DNA of 64,000 nt from Bacteroidales bacterium. Its GTDB lineage: Bacteria; Bacteroidota; Bacteroidia; Bacteroidales; P3. The notes under the pieces are model-generated. The model was not told the DNA's origin. It made no database searches and worked only from the letters and a program-made list of their open reading frames with translations. How positions within the stretch are numbered: position 1 is the first letter of the stretch; each line of letters begins with the position of its first letter. Both the position numbers and the translations under genes were made by a program. Of this stretch, positions 60,657-64,000 are shown one piece after another. The stretch lies in assembly GCA_052170555.1 (NCBI GenBank), contig JBQNAI010000005.1, forward strand, positions 63,169 to 127,168, read 5' to 3'.

Positions 60657-63600
60657 ATGAAAACCAATGATACAAAAATATATAGAGCAGGACTTGATAT
60701 AGGTAGTACAACAGCTAAAATGGTTATAGCCGATGATAATGACAAAATAGTTTATTCCACCTACATGCGACACAATGCAGACATAAAAGGTACTGTAAAA
60801 CATATTTTTTCTGAAATAAGAGAACAACTTGGGAATATAAGTCTGTATATAACACTATCTGGATCAGCTGCTATGGGATTAGCGGAAAGATGTTCTTTCT
60901 CCTTTATTCAGGAAGTGGTAGCTCTTCATAATTTTGCAAGAAATATTAGCAAGGATTTACATACCATTATAGATATCGGTGGAGAAGATGCTAAAATCAT
61001 ATTTTTAGAACAAGACACTTTCCCAGACATGAGGATGAACGGCAATTGTGCAGGAGGAACAGGTGCATTTATTGACCAAATGAGTGCTATTTTGAATCTA
61101 TCCATTCAAGATATGGATATCATCGGTCAGCAATCCAGTCACTTGTACCCTATTGCCTCTCGCTGTGGTGTATTTAGTAAAACAGATGTGCAAAATTTAA
61201 TTGCAAAAAATATACCCATAAGTGACATTTGTGCAAGTATTTTTCATGCTATTGCTGTCCAGGTTATCAGTTCTTTATCTCATGGCAAAGATATCAAAGA
61301 AAAAATCCTTTTTGCTGGTGGACCATTAACTTTTATCACGTCTTTAAAAAATGCTTTTTTAGAATATCTCAACATTAACGAACAATCGTTAATAGAGATG
61401 GAAGACAATAATTTATTAGTGGCAAGAGGTTGTCTTTATAACAAAAATGTAAATTTATTTTCACTCAATGAGATTGAAAATAGGATAATATCTGATAAGA
61501 ATGTAATAATTGAAAATAATGCCAAACAACTCAAACAACTATTTGCTACACAAGAAGAATATGATAAATGGAAACAAGATAAGCAAAAATTAGGCAACAA
61601 CGATAAAAGCATAACAAACTATAGTGGTAAAGCTTATTTGGGTATAGATTCTGGCAGTACAACTACTAAGATAGTACTTATAGATGATGACGAGCATATT
61701 CTGTTTACATATTATGGTAAAAACGAAGGTAATCCTATAAATGCTGTTATCAAGGGATTAAAGCAGTTACACTCAACGTTACAACGAGAAAATGCAAAAC
61801 CCATTATATGTGATGGTTGTTCAACGGGATATGGTGAAGACTTAATTAAAGCGGCTTTCTTTCTTTCATCTTCTATCGTGGAGACTATTGCTCATTATAA
61901 AGCAGCACAAAAAATTCTTCCTAATGTAGATTTTATTCTTGATATAGGAGGTCAAGATATGAAAGCTATGTACATAGAAGACGGAGTACTAAATAGAATT
62001 GAATTAAATGAAGCATGCTCTTCTGGGTGTGGCACATTTATAGACACTTTTGCTACTGGACTTGGTTGCAACATAGAGGAATTCGTTCATTTGGCTATAT
62101 TTGCTAAACATCCTTGTGATTTAGGAACACGTTGTACCGTATTTATGAATTCAAAAGTCAAACAATTTTTAAGAGAAGGCAGAGGGGTAAGTGATATTTC
62201 CGCTGGATTATCTTATTCTGTCGTAAGAAACTGTTTATATAAAGTCCTTAAATTGGAAGGTAAGTCTTTGGGAGAGCATATCGTTGTTCAAGGAGGAACA
62301 ATGAAGAATGATAGTGTGGTAAGGTCATTGGAAATAATGTTAAATAAAAAAGTTTATCGTTCCACATCTCCTGAATTGATGGGGGCTTACGGATGTGCAT
62401 TGCATGCAAAGGCATATCAAAGTAACAAAGAGTTAAAGCCGTTGAATCTAATTGACTTAATACATGCAGATAATTACACAACAAAAAATACAGTTTGCAA
62501 AGGATGTGAAAATAATTGCATGGTAACAACCTATAAATTCACAAACAACAATATTTTTCATTCAGGAAATCGTTGCGAAAAGATTTTCAACTCTTGTGCT
62601 AAAGCAAAAATCAAAGGAGATAATATATACCATTACAAATATAAGAGACTATTCGGTTCAACTAAAGAGTTTGAAAAGGGAAAATATGACCAAAACTACA
62701 AAAACAAAATCTTTAAACAACAAATAGGTATCCCTCGTGCCTTAAATATGTTCGAAGATTACCATTTTTGGAAATCACTTTTTGAGAATCTAAACATTGA
62801 AACAATACTATCTGACATTTCAATGTACAGTACATACGAAAAAAGTTTAAATCAAGTGATGAGCGAAAATATTTGCTTCCCGGCTAAACTTACTCATTCA
62901 CATATTGACAACCTCATTGCAAAAGGGGTAAAACATATTTTCTTTCCTTATATCGTTTATGAAAAAAGATCCAACGGACAAGAGAATAATACTTACAATT
63001 GTCCGATTGTATCTTCTTACAATGTAATTATCAAACATTTGAAGGAAAGATACAAGGATGTTGTAATAGATAATCCTGTATTTACTTTCAAAAACGAGAG
63101 TCTTTTAGAAAAAAATTGTAAAGAATATCTGAAAAAAACATTTAATATTTCATCTTCCGCTTTTAAGAATGCCTTCAGAAAAGCCTTAAAGGCAAAACAA
63201 GATTTTGAGGATGATATCTATCAAAAAAATATTGAATTCTATAAAAAAGCAAAAGCAAATAATCAACTTATTATTCTACTTGCCGGTCGTCCCTATCATA
63301 CTGATGACCTTATTCAGCATTCCATTGCTAATATTATTTCACATTTAGGTGTTACAGTAATTAATGAAGATATTGCAAGAAAAGAAAATTTTCTTAAAAA
63401 CAATAATTCATTTATCGTTTCTCAATGGTCTTACATTAATAGAATAGAAAATGCTGCTTTTTTTGTTGCTTATCAGTCTAATGATGTTCATTACGCCCAA
63501 ATGACTTCATTTGGTTGTGGACCTGATGCTTTTCTATTAGACGATGTGCAAAATATTTTGAAACGACATCATAAACCTGCCACTTTTTTGAAAATTGATG

Positions 63601-64000
63601 ACATCCAAAATGCAGGTTCTTTGAAATTGAGAATAAGGAGTTTAATTGAAAGCATAAAAATAAACTCCATTTCTACACAAAAGACTGATATTCCTTTTAT
63701 AGATACCAAAAATTTCTCCATAAAAGAAAAACATCGCACAATATTAGCACCTTTTTTTACAGATTACATATCTCCCTTTCTACCGGAATTATTCAAAATC
63801 AATGGTTATGACTTGGAGGTGTTACCTAAAAGTGATGAAATCTCAGCTGAGGAAGGTTTGAAGTATGCTAACAATGAAGTTTGCTATCCTGCTACGCTTA
63901 TTGTAGGAGATATTATCAAAGCCTTAAAGAGTGGTAAATATGATGTAGATAAAATATCATTCGGTATTACACAAACAGGAGGTCAATGTCGTGCAACAAA
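60657..64000 (+). CDS. BadF/BadG/BcrA/BcrD-type double ATPase (acyl-CoA dehydratase activase-like) fused to an HgdB/DUF2229-like region; 3' end outside the window
   Basis: The frame is open from the ATG at 60657 to the window edge, which is why it is absent from the track. It has two actin-fold ATPase starts (GLDIGSTTAKMV at the N-terminus, GIDSGSTTTKIV at 61641) and a CKGCENNC cluster motif at ~62500. The 62248-62529 (-) ORF is antisense to it. Confidence 0.8.
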   Translation, partial: MKTNDTKIYRAGLDIGSTTAKMVIADDNDKIVYSTYMRHNADIKGTVKHIFSEIREQLGNISLYITLSGSAAMGLAERCSFSFIQEVVALHNFARNISKDLHTIIDIGGEDAKIIFLEQDTFPDMRMNGNCAGGTGAFIDQMSAILNLSIQDMDIIGQQSSHLYPIASRCGVFSKTDVQNLIAKNIPISDICASIFHAIAVQVISSLSHGKDIKEKILFAGGPLTFITSLKNAFLEYLNINEQSLIEMEDNNLLVARGCLYNKNVNLFSLNEIENRIISDKNVIIENNAKQLKQLFATQEEYDKWKQDKQKLGNNDKSITNYSGKAYLGIDSGSTTTKIVLIDDDEHILFTYYGKNEGNPINAVIKGLKQLHSTLQRENAKPIICDGCSTGYGEDLIKAAFFLSSSIVETIAHYKAAQKILPNVDFILDIGGQDMKAMYIEDGVLNRIELNEACSSGCGTFIDTFATGLGCNIEEFVHLAIFAKHPCDLGTRCTVFMNSKVKQFLREGRGVSDISAGLSYSVVRNCLYKVLKLEGKSLGEHIVVQGGTMKNDSVVRSLEIMLNKKVYRSTSPELMGAYGCALHAKAYQSNKELKPLNLIDLIHADNYTTKNTVCKGCENNCMVTTYKFTNNNIFHSGNRCEKIFNSCAKAKIKGDNIYHYKYKRLFGSTKEFEKGKYDQNYKNKIFKQQIGIPRALNMFEDYHFWKSLFENLNIETILSDISMYSTYEKSLNQVMSENICFPAKLTHSHIDNLIAKGVKHIFFPYIVYEKRSNGQENNTYNCPIVSSYNVIIKHLKERYKDVVIDNPVFTFKNESLLEKNCKEYLKKTFNISSSAFKNAFRKALKAKQDFEDDIYQKNIEFYKKAKANNQLIILLAGRPYHTDDLIQHSIANIISHLGVTVINEDIARKENFLKNNNSFIVSQWSYINRIENAAFFVAYQSNDVHYAQMTSFGCGPDAFLLDDVQNILKRHHKPATFLKIDDIQNAGSLKLRIRSLIESIKINSISTQKTDIPFIDTKNFSIKEKHRTILAPFFTDYISPFLPELFKINGYDLEVLPKSDEISAEEGLKYANNEVCYPATLIVGDIIKALKSGKYDVDKISFGITQTGGQCRAT

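Overview
AT-rich chromosomal segment from a member of the Bacteroidota, probably Bacteroidales-like. The assignment rests on an LpxC-FabZ fusion, a FeoA-FeoB fusion, a type IX secretion (T9SS) gene set, and TAnnTTTG -7 promoter boxes in front of many genes. Most of the window is housekeeping: folA-thyA-purD, lpxA/lpxC-fabZ, folD-ffh, tilS, efp, holA, parC, tcdA, ung, eno. It also holds a T9SS cluster (porU-porV-ispF-porP/sprF-gldJ), a glutaminyl cyclase, peptidases (DPP-IV, M13), a TonB-dependent receptor, tonB, an ABC-F ATPase, feoAB with a divergent LuxR-type regulator, a TPM/LemA pair, a PAS-linked [FeFe]-hydrogenase-like protein, and the 5' part of a giant BadF/BcrAD-type activase fusion that runs off the right edge. 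I found no rRNA, tRNA, CRISPR array, transposase or prophage genes. Coding density is lower than usual. One esterase gene is clearly dead (five in-frame stops), and there is a ~2 kb stretch with no long ORF, which suggests ongoing gene decay. The feature the gene list does not explain is a set of short conserved modules scattered through at least 12 intergenic spacers. These are an AAAGTG[AGT]GA(C) / TAAAG-N5-CTTTA core, an AAATTCTTTCTTGACAT module and an ATCCTTTTCAAAAAAGGAT module, often arranged as perfect palindromes, tandem copies or identical 19-20-mers. All functional calls come from motif and architecture recognition by eye. No database search was possible.
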